The translations under genes were made by a program, and so were the position numbers. From Candidatus Saccharimonadales bacterium (GTDB lineage Bacteria > Patescibacteriota > Saccharimonadia > Saccharimonadales > EFPC-124): DNA of 64,000 nt. Positions within the stretch are counted from its first letter, which is position 1. Each line of letters starts with the position of its first letter. Below are positions 34,917 through 43,651 of this stretch, piece after piece. A model generated the notes under the pieces. The model saw only the letters and a list, made by a program, of their open reading frames with translations. It ran no database searches and was not told the DNA's origin. Location of the stretch: contig DATEFB010000007.1 in assembly GCA_035280845.1 (NCBI GenBank), forward strand, positions 5,778 through 69,777. Reading direction: 5' to 3'.

Positions 34917-36662
34917 CTATGCTACCTCCTGATAGCCAGTTATCTTGCGTGTCTTAATAATGTGGACCAGGCGCTTCAGGCCAGGTTTGACTGCGCCATA
35001 TGACCACATAAGCAGCGGGATAAAGCAGATGGCAAGGGTAAGGATGCTCCAGATTTTAACTTCTGGGTACGAGTTGCCGGTAATGCTGCTGTAAGCCAGA
35101 AAGCCCACAATCAGTGCGCCCCACATAATGTGGTCTTTGAATGTCAGCAGGCGGTCGGGCGACGATGACGAGCCTTTGGGGGTTACAACAAAGCTGGTTT
35201 TGCGGCGCAGGATTGTTTTAACGAACGCGCTGGCGTAAATCGGGGCGCACAGCATAGTAACGAGCATGCCTGGAACGCCCAGGGTGCCACGCTCCTCGTG
35301 AGGGCTGACGTTATACTTGCGCATCCAGCCATACAGAATGACCTGTGCGGCAAGGACATCAAAGTATAGTGCGAACCAGATTTTGCTACCAACGTCTACA
35401 CCGTCTTCGCCAAGTACCAGGAACAGGCCAGTGACAAGCACACCAATCAGCCAACTAAGCGCTGCAATTGGGTAGTATCCAATAATCATGGTGTAAAAGA
35501 TTTTGGCGCGCCATGGCAGACGGAACAAAAAGCCCAGGAAGTTGCGCACCAGCACTTCGTTACCGCCACGAGCCCAGCGGAACTGCTGAGAGAAGAAGTC
35601 GGTCCAGCTTGATGGGCCTTCGCCTACGGCTACCACATCAGGGGTATATACTGACTTCCAGAATTTTTTAGTCAGAGGGTTGCGGCTCGAGTGGATACGC
35701 ATACCCGTGAGCATGTCTTCGGTAATTGAGTCTTGGAAGCCGCCAATTTGGTCCCAGGCCGAGACGCGGTAAGCGTGGTTGGTGCCTACGAACATTGCAG
35801 AATGGTAGCTGTTGCCAGACCGTTGAATTGCAGCTTGGAAAATGTAGGCCTGCGATTCAGCACCCTTGGTAATGGGGTTGTCGTAGTTGCCATACACCTG
35901 TGGGCCAACCACAAAGGCAACGTTCGGGTCGCGGAAGTAGCCAAGCAGGCGCTCTGCGAAGTTTGGCAGTGGAATGTGGTCTGAATCTACGGAAAGTACG
36001 TAGTCGTAGTCATCGCCATGGGCATCGAGCCAGGCATTGTGGTTACCATGCTTGGTCTTGGCTTTGAAGCGGCCGCTGGGTTGGTTCCATTTTTCAACGT
36101 CTTTGCGACTGAAGTGTTTTACGCCAAGCTCGCGGCAGGCTTTTTTAATTGCCTTGTCGTTGCCCTCGTCGAGCAGCCAAATATCAATGACGCCTTGGTG
36201 CTTTACCTTTTTCATGGCAATTAGTGTCTTTTCAACCATAGAAAACGGCTCTTTGCTGGGCACAATAGTAGTCGTAAATGCTATACGCTTGCCGCGTTCC
36301 GGTCGGATGGGCACAGGGTTTTTGGCGCCCAGTGTTGCTGCGCACAAGTTGACCATATTAATAAGCCGGAAGACTTCGATAATGACAATGCTTACCAAAA
36401 TAACAATCAGGCCGGGGGTAATGGGCGCGTATTCTTTAGTCAGGAAGCTGTAAAATGCTACAGCCAACCAACCCAAAAAGGCGGTTTCAATGGCGAAGTT
36501 AACAAGAATAAGCGAGAGCGCTTTAAGGGCGTTGCCTTTGCTGGTCAGGCGACGGTATTCGACGGCATAATTTTTGCCTTTGGGGAGTCGCGAAAAAGGC
36601 CCAGCCAACTGGCTGAAGGCACGGTAGTCGTACTCATGCTGCGTATTCTGATCTTTTACCAT
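34917..36662 (-). CDS. cslA: CslA-like processive GT2 beta-glycosyltransferase (cellulose-synthase-like)
   Basis: D,D,D,QxxRW set: 'IWLLDEGND', 'VLSVDSDHIP', 'SITEDMLTG', 'QQFRWARGG'. TM helices flank the catalytic domain. Stop TAG (34917-19) lies 1 nt from the glxA ATG (34915). Start set at ATG 36662 because 36663-36782 is AT-rich and contains a promoter and hairpin. Confidence 0.85.
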   Translation of the reverse strand: MVKDQNTQHEYDYRAFSQLAGPFSRLPKGKNYAVEYRRLTSKGNALKALSLILVNFAIETAFLGWLAVAFYSFLTKEYAPITPGLIVILVSIVIIEVFRLINMVNLCAATLGAKNPVPIRPERGKRIAFTTTIVPSKEPFSMVEKTLIAMKKVKHQGVIDIWLLDEGNDKAIKKACRELGVKHFSRKDVEKWNQPSGRFKAKTKHGNHNAWLDAHGDDYDYVLSVDSDHIPLPNFAERLLGYFRDPNVAFVVGPQVYGNYDNPITKGAESQAYIFQAAIQRSGNSYHSAMFVGTNHAYRVSAWDQIGGFQDSITEDMLTGMRIHSSRNPLTKKFWKSVYTPDVVAVGEGPSSWTDFFSQQFRWARGGNEVLVRNFLGFLFRLPWRAKIFYTMIIGYYPIAALSWLIGVLVTGLFLVLGEDGVDVGSKIWFALYFDVLAAQVILYGWMRKYNVSPHEERGTLGVPGMLVTMLCAPIYASAFVKTILRRKTSFVVTPKGSSSSPDRLLTFKDHIMWGALIVGFLAYSSITGNSYPEVKIWSILTLAICFIPLLMWSYGAVKPGLKRLVHIIKTRKITGYQEVA

Positions 36663-36732
36663 ATAAAAAACGAGGCTTCCCTCGTTCTCCACTAAAATAT
36701 GGACTTTTGCCCACACATTTAACTTATTTGTG

Positions 36733-36761
36733 AGAATAACATTAAAACAGATTAAAGTCAA
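36733..36761 (-). promoter_or_regulatory. Sigma70-type promoter upstream of the cslA-like gene
   Basis: On the minus strand: TTGACT (36761-36756), 17-nt spacer, TATTCT (36738-36733). Confidence 0.5.
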
Positions 36762-36805
36762 GACTTTTGAGAGATTTTTCACAGCGTGACAAGAGTGGCT
36801 GTGAA

Positions 36806-38458
36806 TCAGTCAATACGGTTGGCAATCGTATCCATAAGGTGGGGGTGTGTTTCGCGCAGCAGCTTTCGAAGATGCGTCATGGCACGGAACTGGAGTGCCT
36901 TCACGGCTTCGTCCTTAAGGCCCATGATGGCCGCGACTTCAGCCGTCGGCCTTTCTTCGAAGAAGCGGAGTCTGATGCATTCGCGCTGTTCTTCACTTCT
37001 GATAGTGTCGATTGCCTCCAGTAAGACCTTACGCAGGCCAATGGCTTCCGCAGAGCTCATAAGGGCACGCTCTGGGCTACGCCATTCGCTGTTTTCGGCA
37101 TAGCCCGCATATGAATCGGCGCTTGTGCCAACCGGCATCTCTTCAGTGATGACCTCGCGCTTATATGGACTCGAAGTTATGTAGTCGGCACACTTGTTGC
37201 GCGTGACGGTCATAAGCCATGCTACGACTTTAATGCCTCGGTTCTCGAGATCACCAATTTTTTTAAGGGCGGTCTCGTAGACGCGAGAGGTAATATCTTC
37301 GGCTTGGTCGTGGTCGCGTAGTAGGGAATAGGCAAAGTTATTAACTTTGTGGTACGTTTCGGCGTATAGCTGGGCAAACGCCGCACTGCCATCTTCACCA
37401 CCTTCGCGGATACGGGCAATAAGTTCCCAGTGGTCGGTCGTTACAGTGATCTCTCCAACGTTTTCGGGTGCGTCGTCGTAAGGTTCTTCGGCTTCCATTT
37501 CGTCGTCGGCTTCTTCGTAGCGCTCGTCGGTCTCGGCAGGAGCTTCGACGACGGGCTGCGGCGCTGCCAGCCTGGTTCTTATGGCGAGCCGCCCTTTGGC
37601 CGCCGTGCGCGCCCTGGCTACTAATTCCGAGTCCGCCAAAGACGCAAGTTCCACCCCAAGCACAAGGTGCATATATTCCTGCTCAGCTGGGTCGGGTTGG
37701 CGCATGAATAGTTCGTTGACTGCCTGGGGATTATCGTGTGCATGGGCGCCAAGCACCGCCCAAAGTAGCTGTTTACCATCTTCAGAGCCTGGGTAGTCTG
37801 GTAGCGCAGTAATAAAAGCGTATTGAGTGCGCATATGGGCAAGCGCCCGGGTAAGCGGCTGGCTCAGCACAGTAAACGGTGGCGATTGTGGATCGCAGGT
37901 AAAGTGGCGGGTGAGAGCTGTGTATTCCGGTGGCGCCGTTTCGCCAGGGGTCCACTCCAGGCCTAGTTGCTCGCGCACAATGGCCTCGAGTCGGTTGTTG
38001 AGCGTTGGGTTGGCGTATTCTATGGTATCTAATGTGCGCGCGGCGTCGGCATAGAGTGTTTCGGTAAGGCTCGCGAGGGTGGGTTTGTCGGTTAAGGCGT
38101 CCTGCTGGATGCTCGCCCATATGCCAACAAAACCTTGGATGTGAGTGGAGATTTCATACAAATCCATCGGGTCGTATTGTGGGTTCTCGCCGGTGCTTTG
38201 TCCGGCAATATCTGCCAGCAGGGCACGAGTAGGCGCTTCGAGTCTCTGCGCCAGCGGCATGCTCGATGCATATGCCCAATAGAGTGCGGTGAGGCCCTTA
38301 AAAACATCAGTGATTTCCCCGGGGGATCGCTGCGCAGCCCGCTTGAGCGTCCTCTCCCACGGGGTATTTTGAAAAGCGGCCAACACAAGTGCGGCCGATG
38401 GTTTTTCAGACGAACTGCGTAGTTCGCGACTGGCGCCTTCGGTTTCGAGAATCATCAT
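36806..38458 (-). CDS. ECF-like sigma factor (regions 2 and 4) with a ~370-aa N-terminal extension
   Basis: C-terminal region 2 'FAQLYAETYHKVNNFAYSLLRDHDQAEDITSRVYETALKK...VVAWLMTVTRNKCADYI'. Region 4 'EEQRECIRLRFFEERPTAEVAAIMGLKDEAVKALQFRAMTHLRKLL'. An acidic linker 'ERYEEADDEMEAEEPYDD' precedes them. Start ATG 38458 has AGGAG upstream and its own TTGGTT-17-TATAAT promoter (38505-38477). Confidence 0.7.
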   Translation of the reverse strand: MMILETEGASRELRSSSEKPSAALVLAAFQNTPWERTLKRAAQRSPGEITDVFKGLTALYWAYASSMPLAQRLEAPTRALLADIAGQSTGENPQYDPMDLYEISTHIQGFVGIWASIQQDALTDKPTLASLTETLYADAARTLDTIEYANPTLNNRLEAIVREQLGLEWTPGETAPPEYTALTRHFTCDPQSPPFTVLSQPLTRALAHMRTQYAFITALPDYPGSEDGKQLLWAVLGAHAHDNPQAVNELFMRQPDPAEQEYMHLVLGVELASLADSELVARARTAAKGRLAIRTRLAAPQPVVEAPAETDERYEEADDEMEAEEPYDDAPENVGEITVTTDHWELIARIREGGEDGSAAFAQLYAETYHKVNNFAYSLLRDHDQAEDITSRVYETALKKIGDLENRGIKVVAWLMTVTRNKCADYITSSPYKREVITEEMPVGTSADSYAGYAENSEWRSPERALMSSAEAIGLRKVLLEAIDTIRSEEQRECIRLRFFEERPTAEVAAIMGLKDEAVKALQFRAMTHLRKLLRETHPHLMDTIANRID

Positions 38459-38589
38459 TACTCCTGAGTGAAGTTTATTATAGGCGGGGGATCCGTAATA
38501 ACCAAGCAGCAGCTTTTTGGTGTGGCGACAGCAAAACACCGGGTCCTGCATGCAGGAGGTCCGGTGTTTGTTGCGAAAGAGTGCCGTGC

Positions 38590-39006
38590 CTAGGGTTTTA
38601 GCAAGCCGATGATGAGCGCCATAATCATGATGGTCACAAACTCGTGGCTGATGTTCATGAGCGTGAGCTTCCATGGGCGGTTCTCGAAAGCATCATGAGT
38701 TATGAACCGGGCGGCCACCAGTCCAAGCCATAGCCAGAAGCCGGTTGTCAGTGCATCCTGCAGGAATGAGTTGTGAAAGTAGGCATTCGAAAGCTGTGTT
38801 ACGTGCGCCACCACAAAGGCGGTTAGGAAGCTTACGACCAAGGTCAGGCCAATGGCAACTACTGGGTTTGCCATGTTTTTCTCGTCGAGCCTCGCCAGTT
38901 TGATCCAGGCATTGCCAAACACAGGCTTTGCGTACCAGATTGACCCTACTACCATGCTCGAAAGAGTTGCGAGCACTACTGCCAGCCAGCTTACTTGAAT
39001 GTCCAT
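38590..39006 (-). CDS. DUF1761-like small membrane protein
   Basis: 'VSWLAVVLATLSSMVVGSIWYAKPVFGNAWIKLARL' matches the DUF1761 N-terminal pattern. Four helices. A long hairpin plus TTTTG terminator lies downstream (about 38530-38570). Confidence 0.65.
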   Translation of the reverse strand: MDIQVSWLAVVLATLSSMVVGSIWYAKPVFGNAWIKLARLDEKNMANPVVAIGLTLVVSFLTAFVVAHVTQLSNAYFHNSFLQDALTTGFWLWLGLVAARFITHDAFENRPWKLTLMNISHEFVTIMIMALIIGLLKP

Positions 39007-39062
39007 AGAACCCCCCTTATTTATAGCTTAAGTATGCCTCTGGAGTGGGTGGTGTGCAATGG

Positions 39063-40412
39063 CTACAGTGTCTGCATTCGCTCCACGAATGCCGTGGCCT
39101 GTGCGTATGCTTCGGTGGCGTTCATACGGCCCTGCGCCAGAGCGTCGGCCAGGTTTTTTATGAAATCCGCATTTTGGGTGCGGAGCCCGGGGCGGTCAAG
39201 CGTCCACTGGGGGTTATAGGTGTACGATTTGCAGAACCCCGCACTGCCAGCCAGGCGTTTGGCAAAGTCCTGCACCAGGGCCGGGTCGGTATCGATGATA
39301 GCCAGGGCCTGCGGAATGGTGGTTACGGGCGTGCCCAGCGCTTTAATCTTTTTGCCAAGCGGCCTGTCGAAACCCGCGCCGATGCGCGTCAGGTCTTCGA
39401 TAGTCAGGTGTATTGTCTCGAGGGCAAAGCCGGGTTCGGCGAATGTTCCCAGGTCGGTGCCGGCCAAGGCAACCTGAATGTGTTCATCACCCCGGCTTGG
39501 GTCGATATCCTGGCTTTTGGTTGCCTCGTTAAAACCTGTCGCACGGATGCCGTTATAGCTTTTGCGTGGCATATCGTCGTCGGTGCAGCCAGCGAGTTCA
39601 AGATGCCGGGCAGCCATTTGGGCGGCGCGCAGCTCGTCGAAGCCATCTGGGTTGGTGCTTTGGCGGCCATCGCCCATGCGGCTGTCGTGATACGCAAAAC
39701 CGGCAATTGCTGCGTATGAGTCTGCAGGAGTGAACAGCACAGATTGCCCAACAGCAAGCCGCCCTTGGTTCACTTTTGTGATGTGCCGCGCAACACGCTC
39801 GGCGCCACCGGCGCTGTGCCAGTACTCGTGGTACCCGGCCAGGACATCGCCAGTTTCTACTGATCCGCTGTAGGTGTGAACGCGGTGGTTTTTATCACCA
39901 AAGATTGTGCGCACAACGTATAAGCCGTTGGCTGCGACTGCCAGGGCGGCGTGGTCGGGCAGGTCAAGCGGCTTGATTTCGTCTATGTAGGCACGCTCGC
40001 GGTGGATCATTGCCAGCGGCAAGGGGCGGTCATAGAGCCGTTCGCGTAACAGGGCCAGGTCGTCCAGATCTTGCTCGTGCCCAGCTTGTTGTTTCCAGGA
40101 ATATACATCTGGCAGGCCGGCATACCTGACGCCTTGTTCAATGAACCCGCGCTCGCCAAGTTCCTCTGCTGTTGCGTCGCCCCAGCCGATACTCATGGTT
40201 TGGTCACCACGAGTGAGTACGTTGCGGCCATCTTGTGTTTGCACTTCGTGCCAATCATGCAGCTCGCGGTGCTGGCGGTAGGTATCACTATCGACTGCTA
40301 CATCAAGACTGTGCACGGGACGCACAAACTCATCGAGTAAGCCATCGCCAACAACAATGGCCCTAGATTCCAGACCTAAGTTTTTAACGTGGTTTGATAT
40401 CCGTTCTGACAT
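39063..40412 (-). CDS. Hypothetical protein (possible nucleotidyltransferase-like N-terminus and H..HD motif)
   Basis: 449 aa from ATG 40412 (AAGGAG upstream). 'HSLDVAVDSD' is NTase DxD-like. 'RVARHI...GFAYHDSRMGDG' is HD-like. Both assignments are weak. Confidence 0.4.
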   Translation of the reverse strand: MSERISNHVKNLGLESRAIVVGDGLLDEFVRPVHSLDVAVDSDTYRQHRELHDWHEVQTQDGRNVLTRGDQTMSIGWGDATAEELGERGFIEQGVRYAGLPDVYSWKQQAGHEQDLDDLALLRERLYDRPLPLAMIHRERAYIDEIKPLDLPDHAALAVAANGLYVVRTIFGDKNHRVHTYSGSVETGDVLAGYHEYWHSAGGAERVARHITKVNQGRLAVGQSVLFTPADSYAAIAGFAYHDSRMGDGRQSTNPDGFDELRAAQMAARHLELAGCTDDDMPRKSYNGIRATGFNEATKSQDIDPSRGDEHIQVALAGTDLGTFAEPGFALETIHLTIEDLTRIGAGFDRPLGKKIKALGTPVTTIPQALAIIDTDPALVQDFAKRLAGSAGFCKSYTYNPQWTLDRPGLRTQNADFIKNLADALAQGRMNATEAYAQATAFVERMQTL

Positions 40413-40504
40413 ATGTTCTCCTTGATTACGAACTGAGCATAACAGGAGGGGTACTAGTCTTTTAAACTGTTGTGCAGAAAATGCACACATTGTATAATGC
40501 GGGT

Positions 40505-41314
40505 ATGCAGCATGAATATCCAGTCCGCGCTTATTTTGAAAAATTAGGCCTCGAGGCTGACATTGCCGACCTTTATATGGCGCTTCACACATTTGGCCCG
40601 CAAACTATCTCGCAACTTGCACGCTCGGCAAAAGTAGAACGCACGCGAATTTACCGCATGATCGATCGCCTCAGCGAATCCCACTTAATCGAGACCGAAA
40701 CGCACTACAGCCGCACCATTCTAAAAGCTGCGCCAATCGGCAACTTGCAGCTCTTGTTGACACAAAAAGAAGAAGAGCTCAAGAGCCTCAAGAACGAGCT
40801 AAAAGATATCCGCACGACGCTCGACAGCACCAGCCTCAGCTCGCCATTAACGCATATTCAGTTTTACCGTGGTGCGGAAGGTGTGAAGCAAATGATGTGG
40901 AACCAAACGAAAGCCACATCCGAAAACGTCGCAATTTTGTACGAGAACATGCAGAACCGCACCAACAGCGCCTATTTTGAACGGTGGGTGGAGCGCGCTA
41001 ACAGCAATAACCAGAGATTCCGCGGTATTATTGGCGACCACTTTATAAAAACACAGCAGGAGTGGTATGCGCGGCATACGAACGAGCGTTTGGAGCACTG
41101 GCAGTCGCGGTACGTCTCTGACTTTGTTTTTCCAATCACACATTCCACAATTATTTACGACGACGTGGTTGGCTATTTTAACTGGAAAGACGGCGAAGTG
41201 TTTGGCATTGAGATTTATAACCAGGAAATCGCAAACGCCCAGCGCCAGTTCTTTGAAATGCTGTGGGAGCAGGCGCAGCCAGTCGATGACGTCGAGGGAA
41301 TTGCGGCTGGATAG
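40505..41314 (+). CDS. TrmB family transcriptional regulator
   Basis: 'YFEKLGLEADIADLYMALHTFGPQTISQLARSAKVERTRIYRMIDRLSESHLIE' is a TrmB-type wHTH. TATAAT (40493-98) lies 6 nt before the ATG (leaderless geometry). Confidence 0.7.
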   Translation: MQHEYPVRAYFEKLGLEADIADLYMALHTFGPQTISQLARSAKVERTRIYRMIDRLSESHLIETETHYSRTILKAAPIGNLQLLLTQKEEELKSLKNELKDIRTTLDSTSLSSPLTHIQFYRGAEGVKQMMWNQTKATSENVAILYENMQNRTNSAYFERWVERANSNNQRFRGIIGDHFIKTQQEWYARHTNERLEHWQSRYVSDFVFPITHSTIIYDDVVGYFNWKDGEVFGIEIYNQEIANAQRQFFEMLWEQAQPVDDVEGIAAG

Positions 41315-41355
41315 TAAAAAGGAAAAGCCCAGGGGTGCTAATCCCTGGGCAATCG

Positions 41356-42540
41356 TCATCCCTTTTTGCCGAATGTGCCCAGCCGGTACAGACGGACTAC
41401 CGCCATGCCAGCGGCTAGTGTGCAGAGTCCCCCGGTTGCCAGGAGGCCAAGGCGCAGGCCGCCAGTATCTACTGCCATGCCAGCGAGTGGACCAACGATC
41501 GTAAACGACAGCCGTTGCAGCAGGTTGACTCCGCTGTTGAGCGTCGCACGATGAGTGCTATGCATATGGCCATTCAACCAGCTCATAATGGCAGGGCCCT
41601 GCAGTGCGTGCACGATTTCGTGCCCAAGCACCAGCAGCAACAGCCACCAGTTACCGCTGGCCATCCCGGCAAATCCGAATGCGCCCAATGCGACGTACAG
41701 AGTCATGTAGCGCCCCATGTTCTGTTTGGGGTGGAACCAGTGCGACCAGGCTGCTTTCCAAAGGTTGCGGGCAGCCAGAATCGCGGCAAACAGCGCCACC
41801 GGGATCCCCATGTTCACATAGACTGGCGTTGCCAGCCAGGCGCCCATGTAGGTACAGGTACTGAGTGACACATACAGCACTAGTAGCCAGCGGACCTCTC
41901 GGCTGCCAAGTAGCATGCGCAGAGCTTTTGGTGCAGGCACGACTTCCTCGTGGGCAGACGTGACGAGTGGGGCCTCCTTAAGGCGCAGGACAAAGATCAG
42001 CCCGATTCCGGTCAATAGCCCGTCGGCAATGAACGTTGCGCCAAGACCGACATTATGCGCCAGCCACATCGCCAGTGGCAGGCAGATAACCGGTGCGGCA
42101 AACCCATAGGCGTTCATACGCTTGGTCGCGCGCTCGGCGGCCTGTTGGTGCTCGGCAGGAGTCTGACCCGGCTTGTGCAGCGAGTCGTACAGCAGTGCGG
42201 AGTCGGCGCCGCTGATCAAGCCATTGGCCAGCGCGAGCCCCAGCTCCCATACAACGAACTGCCAGAACTGGTCGCTCAGGCCATATCCGATCATGGAAAC
42301 CACTACAACCGGTGCGCTCAGTTTAATGCACAGGGCGCGGCCAATCTTGTCGGCAATATAGCCGCTCGGCAACTCCCACAGCAGCACAGCCAGCGAGAAG
42401 ATTGATTGCAGCGCAAAAATCTCGGTCTGGTTGAGGCCGTTGTGCATGAAGAACGGTGCCAGGAAGGCGGTCGACACCGAAAGTGTTTTAAACGGCGCAA
42501 ACCGTAGCAACCACTTGGGGTTGTCGCGGTAGGTGTGCAT
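41356..42540 (-). CDS. MFS transporter
   Basis: 394 aa from ATG 42540 (AAGGAG upstream), ~12 helices, 'LPSGYIADKIGR' loop 2-3 motif. Confidence 0.75.
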   Translation of the reverse strand: MHTYRDNPKWLLRFAPFKTLSVSTAFLAPFFMHNGLNQTEIFALQSIFSLAVLLWELPSGYIADKIGRALCIKLSAPVVVVSMIGYGLSDQFWQFVVWELGLALANGLISGADSALLYDSLHKPGQTPAEHQQAAERATKRMNAYGFAAPVICLPLAMWLAHNVGLGATFIADGLLTGIGLIFVLRLKEAPLVTSAHEEVVPAPKALRMLLGSREVRWLLVLYVSLSTCTYMGAWLATPVYVNMGIPVALFAAILAARNLWKAAWSHWFHPKQNMGRYMTLYVALGAFGFAGMASGNWWLLLLVLGHEIVHALQGPAIMSWLNGHMHSTHRATLNSGVNLLQRLSFTIVGPLAGMAVDTGGLRLGLLATGGLCTLAAGMAVVRLYRLGTFGKKG

Positions 42541-42666
42541 TGCGCGCTCCTTCTTAAAGTTGATGACGTGTGGGTCTGGTTTCCCAGAACCCGATCCGCC
42601 TCCGAAAATATAAAAACGTCTCCGCATTTCGGAGACGTATCATGACCTATGAAATAAAGTGTAAGT

Positions 42667-42780
42667 TTATAGACCCGATACGCCAGCAGCTGTGGTTGCG
42701 CTGCCAAGAATAACCACGACAAAAGTGCCGCTTTGCGCGACAACTGGGGCCTGAATGTGGTTACGGCAATATTGGTTCAT
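42667..42780 (-). CDS. Candidate 37-aa hydrophobic peptide gene with its own promoter and terminator
   Basis: Minus strand: TTTACA-16-TATAAT, 9 nt, then ATG (42780). Peptide MNQYCRNHIQAPVVAQSGTFVVVILGSATTAAGVSGL. Stop at 42667. Hairpin acgtctccg-aaatg-cggagacg + TTTTTAT at 42638-42610. Confidence 0.3.
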   Translation of the reverse strand: MNQYCRNHIQAPVVAQSGTFVVVILGSATTAAGVSGL

Positions 42781-42883
42781 AACAAACCAATTATAATACA
42801 TAAGCTTGTTTTGTAAATAGTATGCATACAATGTAACGCAAAAAAGGTTTAGCTTGCAGGCGCCGAATGCTACCATAAGTACT

Positions 42884-43648
42884 ATGAGACCACTTTGGAC
42901 AGGATCAATCAGCTTCGGACTTGTAAACATCCCCGTACGAATGTTCAGCGGCGTGCATCACCGCCAAGGCATTGACCTTGATATGCTGCACAAAGATGAC
43001 CATTCGCCAATTCGTTTTGCCCGCGTGTGCCGCAAAGACGGCGAGGAAGTGCCATGGGACGACATTGTAAAAGGCTACGAATACCGAGAGGGCGATTATG
43101 TGGTCCTGAGCGAAAAAGAGCTCGACAGCCTTGACGCCGAAAAGTCGCAGACAATCGATATCCAGCAATTTGTACAAGAGGGCGATATTGACATCCGCTA
43201 CTTTGAAAAACCGTATTATTTAGAGCCTGTGAAGGGCGGCGAGAAAGCATATTCTTTGCTGCACGCCGCGCTTGAGCAGTCCGACAAGTTGGCGCTGGCA
43301 CGGTTTGTTATGCACCAGCGCGAGCACCTTGCTGTTATAAAGCCTGTTGGTAAGGCGCTTGTTTTAAACCAAATGCGGTTCCCAACCGACATCCGCGTAG
43401 GCACCGATTTAAACCTGCCCGCTGCCGACAAGGTTAGCAAAGATGAGGTGAAAGTCGCCCTCAAGCTTATCTCGCAGGAAACGCGGCCGTTTATGCCCGA
43501 AGATTTTCGCGACACATATACCGAAGAGCTCGAAGAATTGATCAAAGAAAAAACAAAAGGTAAAAAACCGGCTAAGCACAAATCAGCACCAGCCAAAGAG
43601 ACTTCTGCCCACGACCTTATGAGCGCGCTCAAAGCCAGCCTAAAGTAA
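42884..43648 (+). CDS. ku: Ku protein (non-homologous end joining)
   Basis: 'MRPLWTGSISFGLVNIPVRMFSG' is the canonical bacterial Ku N-terminus. Lys-rich C-terminal tail. Confidence 0.9.
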   Translation: MRPLWTGSISFGLVNIPVRMFSGVHHRQGIDLDMLHKDDHSPIRFARVCRKDGEEVPWDDIVKGYEYREGDYVVLSEKELDSLDAEKSQTIDIQQFVQEGDIDIRYFEKPYYLEPVKGGEKAYSLLHAALEQSDKLALARFVMHQREHLAVIKPVGKALVLNQMRFPTDIRVGTDLNLPAADKVSKDEVKVALKLISQETRPFMPEDFRDTYTEELEELIKEKTKGKKPAKHKSAPAKETSAHDLMSALKASLK

Positions 43649-43651
43649 GCT

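Noticed and set aside
36663-36782. 40-codon N-terminal extension of the cslA-like ORF (start 36782)
   Set aside because: The segment is markedly AT-rich relative to coding DNA here. It contains a TTGACT-17-TATTCT promoter and a hairpin + T-tract. The GT2 membrane domain begins normally from ATG 36662. The call is not certain.
38459-38674. 72-codon extension of the sigma-factor ORF overlapping the DUF1761 gene end
   Set aside because: It would run through a terminator hairpin and a TTGGTT-17-TATAAT promoter. ATG 38458 has an AGGAG SD.
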